From an uncultured cyanobacterium (lineage in GTDB: Bacteria > Cyanobacteriota > Cyanobacteriia > Cyanobacteriales > Cyanobacteriaceae): a DNA stretch of 64,000 nt. Below the pieces are notes generated by a model that saw nothing but the letters and a program-made list of their open reading frames with translations, made no database searches and was not told the origin of the DNA. The DNA lies in assembly GCA_963710605.1 (NCBI GenBank), contig CAVQBA010000007.1, positions 64,001-128,000 on the forward strand, read 5' to 3'. The translations under genes and the position numbers were made by a program. Positions 63,378-64,000 of the stretch are shown here, piece after piece. Position 1 is the first letter of the stretch; each line of letters opens with the position of its first letter.

Positions 63378-64000
63378 ATGAAAACTTGGCTAATTACGGG
63401 AACGGATACGGATACGGGTAAAACTATGATCACGACTGCTTTAAGAGCGTATTATCAGCAATATTTTTCTGGTTTAGAAATTGGTTTGATGAAGTTGTTA
63501 CAAACTGGTGTTGGTGGTGATGCCGAGTTTTATCAACAATATTTTGATGATGTGGTAATACCTTTACAATTTTCTGCTCCTGTTGCACCTCCTATTGCGG
63601 CGGCGAGCGAAAATAAGTCGATCGATTTAGCTATTGTTTGGCAAAGTCTATTAAAATTACAACAAACAAAAGATTTAGTTTTAGTTGAGGCTTTAGGTGG
63701 TTTAGGTTCACCGATTACGGACGAATTGACTATTGCCGATATTGCTGGTAGTTGGCATTTAGAAACGATTTTGGTTGTTCCTGTTAAGTTAGGTGCGATC
63801 GCTCATACAGTAGCCAATATTGCTTTGGCAAGACAAAATAAAGTCAAAATCAGAGGAATTATTTTTAATTGTACTCAGCCGTGTAGTGACGAGCAAATTA
63901 ATCAATGGACACCTAAAGATTTAGTTGAATCATTAACTCAAATTCCTGTTTTGGGTTATTTTCCTTATTTAGAATCGATCGATAACTTGACTGATTTAGC
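63378..64000 (+). CDS. bioD: Dethiobiotin synthase, 3'-truncated by the window edge (absent from the ORF track)
   Basis: Hand translation: MKTWLITGTDTDTGKT, MKLLQTG, LVLVEALGGLGSP, VVPVKLGAI. Confidence 0.92.
   Translation, partial: MKTWLITGTDTDTGKTMITTALRAYYQQYFSGLEIGLMKLLQTGVGGDAEFYQQYFDDVVIPLQFSAPVAPPIAAASENKSIDLAIVWQSLLKLQQTKDLVLVEALGGLGSPITDELTIADIAGSWHLETILVVPVKLGAIAHTVANIALARQNKVKIRGIIFNCTQPCSDEQINQWTPKDLVESLTQIPVLGYFPYLESIDNLTDL

Overview
AT-rich cyanobacterial chromosome segment (ndhD1, CYP120-like P450, cyanobacterial tRNAs, abundant CGATCG/HIP1 cores, 7-nt STRR repeats). Most of it is housekeeping: clpB, glpK, hrcA, flotillin pair, S8 protease, def, arsM/arsS, mlaF/mlaD, prs, bioD. 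It also holds two solo TnpB elements, many miniature repeats, and four single-base frameshifts that are probably assembly errors. The standout is an accessory locus at about 32.6-41.6 kb: WGR/helical-repeat protein, GxxExxY cassette, SWIM-finger protein, an inverted pentapeptide/NuiA-like gene, and a retron-type reverse transcriptase (NAxxH, YADD, VTG). The 780-bp gap before the RT holds not one but two tandem retron-like msr-msd units (39611-39863 and 39939-40174). Each has its own a1/a2 inverted repeat and candidate branching G, and a conserved, co-varying msr, but the two msd regions are unrelated. This suggests one RT making two different msDNAs. A second curiosity is a membrane/coiled-coil protein fused to a RelE/Gp49-like toxin domain (60237-62108). 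All family assignments come from motif recognition by eye; no searches were run.
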